A DNA stretch of 40,805 nt from an uncultured Deinococcales bacterium (lineage in GTDB: Bacteria; Deinococcota; Deinococci; Deinococcales; JAAFIG01), in contig CAXTTL010000013.1 of assembly GCA_964247135.1 (NCBI GenBank), forward strand, positions 1 to 40,805. Direction: 5' to 3'. The notes beneath the pieces are model-generated. The model was not told the DNA's origin and ran no database searches. It saw nothing but the letters and a program-made list of their open reading frames with translations. The position numbers were made by a program, and so were the translations under genes. Below, in pieces: positions 26,669-35,657 of this stretch (positions are counted from its first letter, which is position 1; each line of letters begins with the position of its first letter).

Positions 26669-26700
26669 CAAGCTCGAGACTCCCCCAAGGCTCGAGCTTG
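26669..26700. terminator. Hairpin built from two CTCGAG sites, possible terminator
   Basis: CAAGCTCGAG / CTCGAGCTTG stem downstream of the lipoprotein gene; weak U-tract. Confidence 0.45.
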
Positions 26701-26718
26701 CTCTCTGATTTGATGCCC

Positions 26719-26746
26719 TAGGGGATGGTCTGAGACCATCCCCTAC
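26719..26746 (-). repeat. GTAG-type REP palindrome
   Basis: Minus strand GTAGGGGATGGTCTCAGACCATCCCCTA; T-rich flank on the plus strand, so it may also terminate transcription. Confidence 0.65.
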
Positions 26747-26778
26747 ATTTTTTTGTTTCAACACGGTATTCTCGAGCG

Positions 26779-28059
26779 ATGACTGAAGATTCCAAACCCG
26801 AACATGGTTTCGCCACCAACGCCGTTCACGTTGGCACGACCCGCAACCCTGGCGACCCGCTCGGCACACCGATTTACCCCGTCATTGCCTGGGAGTTCGA
26901 GAACCTCGAGCACGCCGAGTACATATTCAAAACCAACGATGGGCGCTCCTACAGCCGCATTCAAAACCCGACCACCGAGGTTCTCGAGGAGCGCCTGACG
27001 GCACTTGAGGGGGCGCGGGGTGCAATTGCCACCACGACTGGGCAAGCGGCAACCTTGCTGACCATTTTGACGCTCGCCAAAGCTGGGGATCACATCGTGG
27101 CGACCTCGAGTTTGTTCGGCGGTTCGGCGGGACTTTTTAACAACGTTTTTCCAAACATGGGCATCTCGAGCACGCTTGTGCCAAACGATGTCAGCGCCAT
27201 TGCGGCGGCAGTCAAACCGAACACCCGCGCCATTTGGGTCGAGATCATCGGCAACCCCGCGATGGACGTTCCAGATTTGAGTGCGATTGCCGAAATTGCC
27301 AAAGCCGCCAACATTCCGTTTATCGTCGATAACACTTGGGGCGCGGTGGGTTATTTGTGCCGTCCGCTCGAGTTTGGCGCGAGCCTGAGCGTGCATTCTT
27401 TGACCAAATGGGCTTCTGGACAAGGCGCGGTGATGGGCGGCGCGGTGTTGGTTGGAGAAATTAATCTCGAGAACAACCCGATTTTCAACACGCCAGACGC
27501 CAGCGGCAAATCACTGCTCGAGCATTTTGGCGAGAATGCGTTTTTGACTCGAGCACGCAATTTGGGCTTGCTGTCTTTGGGGTTAACCCTTGCCCCACAA
27601 AGCGCCTGGACAATCAATGCAGGCTTGGAGACGCTCGAGGTGCGGGTGAAAAGGGAATGCGAAACCGCGCTCGCGCTCTCAAGTTGGCTCGAGACTGAAC
27701 TTGGTGTGGCATGGGTTTCTTACCCTGGATTGAGCACCCACGCCTGGCACAAAAACGCCAGCAAGTACCTGCAAAACGGTTTCGGTGCGGTGTTCACCTT
27801 TGGCATTGAAAATGGACTTGAAGGCACAAAACGCTTTTACGACAACCTCAAACTGATTCGCAAAGCCACCAACCTCGGCGACGTTCGCACCCTGGCGGTT
27901 CACCCCTGGACGACCACGCACGGACGCCTGAACGACGCTGGACGCGCCGCCGCAGGGGTCACGCCCGAAATGATTCGGGTGTCTGTCGGACTCGAGGAGG
28001 TGAGTGATTTGAAACGCGATTTGCGCCAAGCGCTCGATTTGGTCGTTCGAGCTTTGTGA
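26779..28059 (+). CDS. metY: O-acetylhomoserine aminocarboxypropyltransferase (Cys/Met PLP enzyme)
   Basis: YSRIQNPT, LEERLTALEG, VDNT, HSLTKW (PLP lysine), NLGDVRTLAVHPWTTTH, IRVSVGLE. Confidence 0.85.
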   Translation: MTEDSKPEHGFATNAVHVGTTRNPGDPLGTPIYPVIAWEFENLEHAEYIFKTNDGRSYSRIQNPTTEVLEERLTALEGARGAIATTTGQAATLLTILTLAKAGDHIVATSSLFGGSAGLFNNVFPNMGISSTLVPNDVSAIAAAVKPNTRAIWVEIIGNPAMDVPDLSAIAEIAKAANIPFIVDNTWGAVGYLCRPLEFGASLSVHSLTKWASGQGAVMGGAVLVGEINLENNPIFNTPDASGKSLLEHFGENAFLTRARNLGLLSLGLTLAPQSAWTINAGLETLEVRVKRECETALALSSWLETELGVAWVSYPGLSTHAWHKNASKYLQNGFGAVFTFGIENGLEGTKRFYDNLKLIRKATNLGDVRTLAVHPWTTTHGRLNDAGRAAAGVTPEMIRVSVGLEEVSDLKRDLRQALDLVVRAL

Positions 28060-28252
28060 AGGTGCAACCCGTTTGAGCACTTGTTAACTCAGGTTATTTG
28101 AGAATGCTCACCAGGATGGCAATAGCGATCCCGCCCGAAGGTGCGTCTTGGGATCAAGAAACGCCAGCCGTGATGGTCACAATCGCTGCCCAAAATTCCA
28201 CTTTAACCTTGACGTTTTTCAGCGTTTTGGTATTGTGAAACTTGCGTTTGCC

Positions 28253-28281
28253 TTGCGGTTTAACGCGTTTTTTGGTATGCT
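28253..28281 (+). promoter_or_regulatory. Sigma70-type promoter
   Basis: TTGCGG-N17-TATGCT with extended -10 TG. Confidence 0.6.
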
Positions 28282-28287
28282 GTTTGC

Positions 28288-28351
28288 GAGAGATATGAAA
28301 CCTCCTTTCTGGAGGCGATACCCGCACCCTCTGAACCAGGGTGCGGGTTTT
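28288..28351 (+). ncRNA. Candidate ~65-nt sRNA or attenuator leader
   Basis: Promoter upstream; CCTCC/GGAGG hairpin; 11-bp GC-rich stem ACCCGCACCCT/AGGGTGCGGGT followed by a T run. Confidence 0.45.
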
Positions 28352-28508
28352 CCGTGTTATCGGTCATCCGACCCTGAATGTGAACCTGAGTTTTCAAAGA
28401 ACGCTGCCCAAACGAGCTACGCTGGCAGCATAACACGCCAATTTCTCGAGTGTTAAACTTGCAACACGCAACAAAATCTGGTCGCTCGAGAATCTTGAGG
28501 AGAACATC

Positions 28509-29834
28509 ATGTCAATGGGGCAGAAAATCGGGTGGGGCGTTCTGGGCTTGGTGGTTGTTGGTTTGTTTTTTGGTGTGCGTTTTGGGCTGCAATACTTGAA
28601 CATTGCCACCTCTTACGCGGCAAAAACCATGTGCTCGGGCGTGTTCGTGGCAGGTCGAACACCTGAAGCGATGGTTGAAGATTTGTATGCAGTGTCTTTT
28701 GTTGGCACGCAAGTTGACACTGAAAATAAAAGCGTAACCTCGAGCTTGTACGGTCTGGCAAAATCGCAAGCCGTGTACCGCCCAGGTTTGGGTTGCACCC
28801 TCGTGAACGGCAGCACCGAGGCAGAACTTCGGGCGCAACCAAGCCCACCCATCTCGAGCGTCAAAGCTGAGAATTTCACAGTCGAGCCGAAGAATGCAAA
28901 ACTCGAGGCGTTGTTGGCTGAAACCTTTAACCCAACTTCAAGCAAACAAAACCCGACCCCATCAAACAAAACTCGAGCCGTGGTGGTGCTGCAAGATGGC
29001 AAGTTACTGGCAGAACGATACGCGAGCGGCTTCAACGCGCAAATGCCACTTCTGGGTTGGTCAATGACCAAAAGCGTCACCAATGCCCTGATCGGCATGA
29101 TGGTGCTGGATCAAAAACTCGAGGTTGAAAAACCTGCGCCCATTGATGAATGGAAGAACGACGCTCGAGCCAAAATTACCTTGGACAACTTGCTGCGCAT
29201 GAGTAGCGGTTTGGCTTTTGTTGAAGATTACGCCTCGCCGAGCGATGCGACCAACATGCTGTTTCGCGCGAAAGGTGCAGGCAAATTTGCGATTGGCGGG
29301 AAAATTGCTGCCGAACCTGGCGCGGTCTGGTCGTACTCGAGCGGCACAACCAACATTTTACAAGAGATTGTGCGGCGGCAATTTGCCAATTACGCCGATT
29401 ACCTGGCGTTCCCGCACACACGTCTTTTTCAAAAACTCGGCATGACCAGCGCCATCCTCGAGCCTGACGCCAGCGGCACATATGTCGGTTCGTCGTTCAT
29501 GTACGCCACCGCCAGAGACTGGGCGAAATTTGGGCAGTTGTACCTGCAAGACGGCGTTTGGAATGGTGAACGGATTCTGCCCGAAGGTTGGGTGGCGTAC
29601 TCGAGCACCGAAACCCCGCATTCGGACGGGACTTATGCCGCGCATTTCTGGTTGGCGCACAACGACCCAGAATTTCCCAAAGATGGTTTTATGGCGGAGG
29701 GTTTTGAAGGGCAAACTGTAGCGATTTTACCGACGCAAAAATTGGTGATCGTGCGGCTCGGATTGACGCACGGCGACGCGGTGTATGACGACGTGGCGTT
29801 CGTGAAAAGCATTATTGCCGCTCTGAAAAACTAA
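28509..29834 (+). CDS. Beta-lactamase-family serine hydrolase, N-terminal membrane anchor
   Basis: WSMTKS (SxxK), LLRMSSGL, YSS, ARDWAKFGQLYL. Confidence 0.88.
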   Translation: MSMGQKIGWGVLGLVVVGLFFGVRFGLQYLNIATSYAAKTMCSGVFVAGRTPEAMVEDLYAVSFVGTQVDTENKSVTSSLYGLAKSQAVYRPGLGCTLVNGSTEAELRAQPSPPISSVKAENFTVEPKNAKLEALLAETFNPTSSKQNPTPSNKTRAVVVLQDGKLLAERYASGFNAQMPLLGWSMTKSVTNALIGMMVLDQKLEVEKPAPIDEWKNDARAKITLDNLLRMSSGLAFVEDYASPSDATNMLFRAKGAGKFAIGGKIAAEPGAVWSYSSGTTNILQEIVRRQFANYADYLAFPHTRLFQKLGMTSAILEPDASGTYVGSSFMYATARDWAKFGQLYLQDGVWNGERILPEGWVAYSSTETPHSDGTYAAHFWLAHNDPEFPKDGFMAEGFEGQTVAILPTQKLVIVRLGLTHGDAVYDDVAFVKSIIAALKN

Positions 29835-29850
29835 AACTCGAGGTCGGTTG

Positions 29851-30327
29851 ATGAGATGTAAAATTCTGGTCACAGGCATGTCGGGCACAGGAAAATCCAG
29901 CGTCTTGCTCGAGTTGGCACGGCGTGGACACCAGGTTGTGGACACCGATTCGGAGGAGTGGTGTGAATGGGTGACTTCCGACGGCGAACCCGACTGGATT
30001 TGGCGCGAGGAAAAAATCAGGGCGTTGTTGACCTCTCACTCGAGCGGACTGCTTTTTGTGGCGGGATGCAAGTCAAATCAAGGCAAGTTTTACCCGCAGT
30101 TTGATGCCGTGATACTCCTCAGCGCACCAAGCGAGGTTATTTTGAAACGCATCGAGACTCGAGACACCAACCATTACGGCAAGAACCCACTCGAGCGCCA
30201 AAAGATTCTCGAGCATCTGGAATGGGTCGAGCCGTTGTTGCGTGCGACTGCCACGGCAGAAATTGATGCCAGCAAACCGTTGTCTGAAGTCGCGGATGAA
30301 CTTATCGCAATTGGGTCAGGTTGGTAG
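29851..30327 (+). CDS. P-loop kinase (shikimate/nucleotide kinase-like)
   Basis: ILVTGMSGTGKS, VDTD, LSAP..ILKRI. Confidence 0.8.
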   Translation: MRCKILVTGMSGTGKSSVLLELARRGHQVVDTDSEEWCEWVTSDGEPDWIWREEKIRALLTSHSSGLLFVAGCKSNQGKFYPQFDAVILLSAPSEVILKRIETRDTNHYGKNPLERQKILEHLEWVEPLLRATATAEIDASKPLSEVADELIAIGSGW

Positions 30328-30381
30328 GGTGCGCCTCGCGCACCGTCGTTTAAACCCTGCGGTGCGCGAGGCGCACCCTAC
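30324..30381. repeat. GTAG REP doublet (REPIN-like)
   Basis: Perfect 22-bp inverted repeat GTAGGGTGCGCCTCGCGCACCG with a 14-nt spacer; each arm is itself an imperfect palindrome. Confidence 0.8.
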
Positions 30382-30432
30382 AGTTTTTTCTTTCCGAGAA
30401 CTTGCAACCTCGAGATCATGTAATCTAAAACC

Positions 30433-31212
30433 ATGAGTTACAAAAATATTTTTTCACTCTCGGGCAAAACCGCGCTGGTGGTCGGCGCGGCTTCGGGCAT
30501 CGGTCGGGCTTCCAGCTTGGGGCTGGCAGATTTCGGGGCGCACGTGATTGTGGCAGATCAGAACCTCGAGGGTTTAACGAGCGTGGTGCAGGAGATTGAG
30601 GCGAGCGGCGGCACGGCTGAGGCTCGAGCGGTCAACCTGAATGATGCTGCAAGCATTCACGCGCTTCTCGAGAGTTTTGAGAAACTCGAGGTGCTGGTGT
30701 GCACGCCCGCCATCAACGTGCGCAAACGAATTCTGGATTATTCGGACGAAGAATTCGACAAGGTCGTGGGTTTAAACCTGAAAGGCAATTTCAGGTTGTT
30801 GCGCGACGGTGGGCGCAAAATGGTGGCTTCGGGCGGCGGCAGCATCATTGTCTTCTCGAGCATCCGCAGTTTGGTGGTCGAACCAGGGCAGGGCGTGTAC
30901 GCGGCGACCAAAGCGGGGGTGCTGCAACTCGTGAAGACCCTGGCAGTAGAACTTGCCGACAAAGGTGTGAGGGTGAATGCCATTGGTCCTGGGGTGGTCA
31001 ACACGCCGCTCACCGCGCAAATCAAAAACAACCCAGATTGGTACAACGCCTACGCCAGCAGAAGCGCCCTGGGACGTTGGGCGGAGGTGGATGAAATGGT
31101 CGGTCCTGTCGTGTACCTTGCCAGCCAAGCCTCGAGTTATGTAACTGGAACGATTCATTTTGTGGACGGTGGTTGGACGGCAATTGACGGACGGTTCACG
31201 CCACCACTTTAA
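30433..31212 (+). CDS. Short-chain dehydrogenase/reductase
   Basis: GAASGIG, YAATK, VRVNAIGPG, VDGG. Confidence 0.93.
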   Translation: MSYKNIFSLSGKTALVVGAASGIGRASSLGLADFGAHVIVADQNLEGLTSVVQEIEASGGTAEARAVNLNDAASIHALLESFEKLEVLVCTPAINVRKRILDYSDEEFDKVVGLNLKGNFRLLRDGGRKMVASGGGSIIVFSSIRSLVVEPGQGVYAATKAGVLQLVKTLAVELADKGVRVNAIGPGVVNTPLTAQIKNNPDWYNAYASRSALGRWAEVDEMVGPVVYLASQASSYVTGTIHFVDGGWTAIDGRFTPPL

Positions 31213-31215
31213 AAT

Positions 31216-33615
31216 TTACCCTCGAGCGCCCTGTCTGACCACGTTTTTAACATCCCGCACCTCGAGCAAGGCATCTTTGATGAACTGGTACTCGTCTTGG
31301 TTGCGGACTTCAAAACGCAGGTAAATGTGCGCTTCAAAGCTGCTGGAAACGTTCGCCTCGACTTTTAAGGCGCTCTTTTTCAAACGATCCAAAACGTCCA
31401 GCACATCTTTTAACAGTCCACTGCGGTCGCTCGAGATCACGTCAATGTCCACGGTTTGGCTGCCGAAGGCGCTGGCGTCCCAACTGGCGTTGACCACGCG
31501 GTTGGGTTCCTCGAGCCGCCAACGGTTGATGGTCGGGCAGTCGTCGCGGTGAATCGTCACGCCGCGCCCTCGGGTGATAAATCCGGCAATCGCGTCGCCT
31601 TTGATCGGTTTGCAGCACTGCGCGAATTTGATCGGGGTGTTCATGCCTTCAACGTACACGCCACTCACCACGGGTTTTTTAGGGGTTTTGGCATTTGGCA
31701 CACTGGCAATCGGTTGTTCGGCTTCTGGCGCTAAAACCCGAGCCACCTGCACCGGACTGAGGCGGTTGGCGTGCAGGTTGATGTACAAATCGTCGGGGTT
31801 TCTCGAGCCGAGCAATTTTTCGGCGGCATCCTCGAGGTTTTTGGTGCGCATCAGCTTACGGGCTGGTAGACCGCGTTTTTTCAGGTAACGGTCGAGAATG
31901 GTGTGCCCCATCAAGAGCGCATCGGCACGTTCTTGCACGCGGAAGAACTGGCGAATTTTGGCTTTGGCACTGCGGGTTTTGGCGATGCTCATCCAGTCTT
32001 TGCTGGGTCCTGGGCTGTTGCGGTTGGTGATGATTTCAACGCGGTCGCCATTGTCGAGTTCCTGTGAAAGTTGCACAATATTGCCGTTGACCTTCGCACC
32101 GATGGCATGGTGTCCAATGTTGGTGTGAATGTGGTACGCCAGATCGATTGGCGTCGCGCCCTGCGGCAAACTGATGGTGTCGCCCTTTGGCGTAAAAACA
32201 AACACGCGCTGCCCGAGCAAATCTTGTTGCACCGCATCGACAAAATCGCCCGCATCTTTGATCTCGCTCGAGAGCGCCTCGAGGCTGGAAATCCAGTTCA
32301 TGCCCTTGCGCAGTTCGTCCAGCCCTTGCGAGCGCTGCTCGAAACCCGTGCCGTCCTCGATGCCCTGCTTGTAGAGCCAGTGCGCGGCAACGCCGTACTC
32401 GGCGACAGAATGCATTCGGTTGGTGCGAATTTGCACCTCAATCGGTTGTCCCTCGAGCGAGATCACGGTGCTGTGCAAACTCTGGTAGCCGTTGGGTTTT
32501 GGCACGGCAATATAATCTTTGAACCGCCCAGGAATGGGCGTCCAGATCGAGTGAATGATGCCCAGCGTGTGATAGCAAACCCGTTTTTCTCGGGTGTCCT
32601 CGGCGAGCATTTTGGCGCGGTCGTGCTTTTCGCGCTGCACGGTCACGGGGTCAGTTGGGTCTGGCACAAAATCGAGTTCGGTTTCGGTGACTGCTCGCGG
32701 CTCGAGGATCACGCGAATGGCGAGCAGGTCAAAAATTTGCTCTAAATGTTTGGTGTCGCGGTGCATTTTGGTGTAAATCGAGTACAAATGCTTGCTGCGC
32801 CCAGAGACATCGAACGAAATCAACCACCGCCCAAGTTCGCGGTCGGTCTCGAGGTTTTTCAGTAAATCATTGATGGCGCGTTGCACGTAATCGTCGCGTT
32901 CGGTTTGCTTCAAGCGAATCTGCGTTGCCAGCTCTTTGTAGGCTTCAGGCTCGAGGTATTTAAAACTCAAATCCTCGAGTTCCCATTTGATCTGCCCGAT
33001 GCCCAGGCGGTGCGCCAAGGGCGCGTAAATGTCGCGGGTCTCTTTGGCGATGCGCACCTGTTTGTCTACACTCATGCTGTCCAGCGTGCGCATGTTGTGC
33101 AGACGGTCTGCCAGTTTGGCAATGATGATCCGCACGTCCTTGGTCATGGCAATTAAAAGTTGCCTTAAGTTCTCGGCTTGTTCATCCTCGAGCGCATCTT
33201 TGGCACGCTTGGAGAGCTTACTGACTTTGGTTTCACCCTCGACGATCCGTGCGACTGCCACACCAAATTCGCGTTCGACATCCTCGAGCGTGGCGCTCGT
33301 GTCCTCGACGGTATCGTGCAATAAACCCGCCAGCAGCGTATCCACGTCGGGTTGCAAGCCCGCCAAAATTGCCGCCACCGCCACCGGATGCGTGATGTAA
33401 GGCTCGCCCGATTTGCGCATCTGTCCGTCGTGGGCAAAGGTCGCAAAACGGTACGCCAGTTCGACTTTGGCGCGTTGGGCGGCGTTCAGGTACTCGAGTT
33501 TTTCCAGGAGTTCTGGATAGCCGTGCATCCCCAGCAGCGCCTCGCCACCAAAAGTCCGCCATTCGCTCGAGAGTGGCACAACAGAATCGGTGGAGGTGGC
33601 TTTGCTGGCGCTCAT
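31216..33615 (-). CDS. relA: Bifunctional (p)ppGpp synthetase/hydrolase Rel
   Basis: RKSGEPYITHP, LLHDTVED (intact HD), KLADRLHNMRTL, RFKDYIAVPKPNGYQSLH, EVQIRT, TGS, CC and ACT regions; start at 33615 supported by TACACT-7nt-ATG. Confidence 0.95.
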   Translation of the reverse strand: MSASKATSTDSVVPLSSEWRTFGGEALLGMHGYPELLEKLEYLNAAQRAKVELAYRFATFAHDGQMRKSGEPYITHPVAVAAILAGLQPDVDTLLAGLLHDTVEDTSATLEDVEREFGVAVARIVEGETKVSKLSKRAKDALEDEQAENLRQLLIAMTKDVRIIIAKLADRLHNMRTLDSMSVDKQVRIAKETRDIYAPLAHRLGIGQIKWELEDLSFKYLEPEAYKELATQIRLKQTERDDYVQRAINDLLKNLETDRELGRWLISFDVSGRSKHLYSIYTKMHRDTKHLEQIFDLLAIRVILEPRAVTETELDFVPDPTDPVTVQREKHDRAKMLAEDTREKRVCYHTLGIIHSIWTPIPGRFKDYIAVPKPNGYQSLHSTVISLEGQPIEVQIRTNRMHSVAEYGVAAHWLYKQGIEDGTGFEQRSQGLDELRKGMNWISSLEALSSEIKDAGDFVDAVQQDLLGQRVFVFTPKGDTISLPQGATPIDLAYHIHTNIGHHAIGAKVNGNIVQLSQELDNGDRVEIITNRNSPGPSKDWMSIAKTRSAKAKIRQFFRVQERADALLMGHTILDRYLKKRGLPARKLMRTKNLEDAAEKLLGSRNPDDLYINLHANRLSPVQVARVLAPEAEQPIASVPNAKTPKKPVVSGVYVEGMNTPIKFAQCCKPIKGDAIAGFITRGRGVTIHRDDCPTINRWRLEEPNRVVNASWDASAFGSQTVDIDVISSDRSGLLKDVLDVLDRLKKSALKVEANVSSSFEAHIYLRFEVRNQDEYQFIKDALLEVRDVKNVVRQGARG

Positions 33616-33673
33616 GGGTTGCAGTGTAACGTTCCAAAGAAATTCTGTAAAACCAGGACGTACAATTGGGGTC

Positions 33674-34546
33674 GTGAAACTCGAGCCGTTACAGCCCCAA
33701 AATGCTTTGATCGCGCTCGAGTTTTCCGTTGGCATTCAATCTCGGGCAGTGGCATTAAAAGGTTATCTCGAAGAGTTGTTGCAGAGTCTCGAGCAAAGTT
33801 TGGCTCGAGCATTCGCAAGCGTGACGTTGCTGGTTTTCAACCAAGCCGATTGGGTCAAAAATGCGCCTTACCCTTACGGGTTCACGTTTTACCGACGCCT
33901 GAAAAACGCTCAGGGGCTTATTTTCGCCCCTGCCGATTACCCCGCCCGAATGCTCTGGACTTACCGCGAGGTTGTGCTTCAAGCCCAAAAGGCAGGCATC
34001 AATGCTCCAGGCACACTCGAGGAATTCTTTGATTTAACCCTCGGGCACGAACTGGGTCATGCGGTCGCCGATCAACTCGAGCTTCGGACAAAGGTACGCT
34101 GGATTGACGAATTTATGGCAACCTTTTTGTACCTGTTGGCGCTCAAAAATACCAACCCAGAGGCGCTGGCGCGGGTCTTGCAATGGGCAAAAATTTTTGG
34201 TGTCGCCAGCCCCGAGAACACCCTCGACTCGAGCCTGACCAAACCCGCCGGCATTCGGCTCAAAAAAGCCAAAAAACGCCTCGAGCAAGCAGGGGACAGT
34301 CAAGTCAACCGCACCGATTTGGGCGCGTTTGAATTTCCATTTTCGCGTTTAACCACCGCCAACCAAGCCTGGTTTCAAGCTCAACTGTTACAACAGGCGC
34401 ACAGCATCTTGGAGGCTCGAGGGGCAGATTTTGTGATTCAAGCCAGCGAGCAATTCAAAAACACCAAAGGGCGCGGCGAAATCTCGAAGCTACTCTTGAA
34501 ACTCGAGCCTGGGTTGAGGGCTTGGTTTAAGGTTTTTGGCAGTTAA
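33674..34546 (+). CDS. Hypothetical protein with HExxH zinc-peptidase-like motif
   Basis: GHELGHA..WIDEFMA; TACAAT-7nt-GTG start. Confidence 0.65.
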   Translation: MKLEPLQPQNALIALEFSVGIQSRAVALKGYLEELLQSLEQSLARAFASVTLLVFNQADWVKNAPYPYGFTFYRRLKNAQGLIFAPADYPARMLWTYREVVLQAQKAGINAPGTLEEFFDLTLGHELGHAVADQLELRTKVRWIDEFMATFLYLLALKNTNPEALARVLQWAKIFGVASPENTLDSSLTKPAGIRLKKAKKRLEQAGDSQVNRTDLGAFEFPFSRLTTANQAWFQAQLLQQAHSILEARGADFVIQASEQFKNTKGRGEISKLLLKLEPGLRAWFKVFGS

Positions 34547-35424
34547 AACGGCAAGCCGCCCTGACGAATCCACGCCAGTTTCTTGGTTAATTCCTCAAGG
34601 TTTAGCATTTCGCCGTCCGCACCCACCTGCACATGCAGCCACTCGAGAAATTGATTGATCAAAAACGCTCGGTCACTGGCGGCGGCGACGGCAGGACTCA
34701 AACGGTTGGTTGGCAATGCCGCCGCAATCTGACGGCGCAACTCGAGTTGAATGCGTTCACCCGTTTCGCCCAATCCTCCAAACTGCCAGACCCGCCACGC
34801 AGGGTCGCTCGAGCGCACAAGGTTGGCAATCAAATCCAAATCAAATCCCGAAAATTCGCTGGAAATCGGGGCTGCACCGTCCAACTGACAGGTTTTCTCG
34901 AGCCAGACCAGCGAGCTTTGCAGTGCCGCGACAGTTTTATCAAACGCCTGTTGCCCACGGTCGGGGTAGGAGAGCGAATCTGGGTCAGAACCAAAAAACG
35001 TCGGCACGGCATGACCCAAACCAGGCGCAAAACCCGAATGGGCAAAACTGTCCTGGTCAAAATGCAGCAATTGTCCCAAGAAATGAAGTCGTTTGATACG
35101 GTTGGGTTCGTTTTGCACCCGTGCCCACAACTCGAGCTTGCGGGCGGCGACGGCTTCGGGTGTGCCGAACGCGTGCCAGTTTTTCTGGCTTGGAACGTCC
35201 AACACTATCACCTTGAAAAAATCCTTTTCGGCAACCACGGTGCTGTTCGTGTCCTGACTCAGGTCGCTGCTGGCAATAAACAACGAATCCGCCAGGTCAA
35301 AACATGGCAGGTGCAACGCCAGGTACAAACTCAAGTCAAAATGCGTCTCGCGTTCATACGCCAAAGCGCTCGAGAACACAGCCCAGAGCATGAAAAGCAG
35401 CAAACCTCGAGCAAAGGATTTCAT
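34543..35424 (-). CDS. Secreted protein, possibly with a phospholipase C/P1-nuclease-like Zn fold
   Basis: Signal peptide ending ALA; His/Asp set YERETH, WHAF, LHFDQDSFAH. Confidence 0.55.
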   Translation of the reverse strand: MKSFARGLLLFMLWAVFSSALAYERETHFDLSLYLALHLPCFDLADSLFIASSDLSQDTNSTVVAEKDFFKVIVLDVPSQKNWHAFGTPEAVAARKLELWARVQNEPNRIKRLHFLGQLLHFDQDSFAHSGFAPGLGHAVPTFFGSDPDSLSYPDRGQQAFDKTVAALQSSLVWLEKTCQLDGAAPISSEFSGFDLDLIANLVRSSDPAWRVWQFGGLGETGERIQLELRRQIAAALPTNRLSPAVAAASDRAFLINQFLEWLHVQVGADGEMLNLEELTKKLAWIRQGGLPF

Positions 35425-35657
35425 AAATAGAGCTTAAACCCACAAGTGACCAATTTGACGCTCGAGTTGCAGAACTTGGTCAACCTGATTGAGAACGTCC
35501 GAGCAAGTCAAGTGCCTTTTGGTCACAAGGCTGTCATAAATTCGTGAGCTTGGTTGTGAAATGATGGTCAACAGTAACTTACAAAGGCTATAGGCTTGGC
35601 GTGTCACAATGAAAAAAATCAGTCCACGGTTGAAATTGGCTTAAAGGGGTTGCTCGA

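Noticed and set aside
26642-26778. SAM riboswitch upstream of metY
   Set aside because: No S-box consensus, and metY appears leaderless (TATTCT 6 nt before the ATG)
28057-28150. Glycine riboswitch-like words (GAAGGTGCAA, ACTCAGG, CCGAAGG)
   Set aside because: The GGAGA and P1 elements are not evident and the downstream gene is unrelated; an Infernal search would be needed
28300-28310. 16S rRNA 3'-end fragment
   Set aside because: Only 11 nt match and no other rRNA sequence surrounds it; treated as an sRNA element
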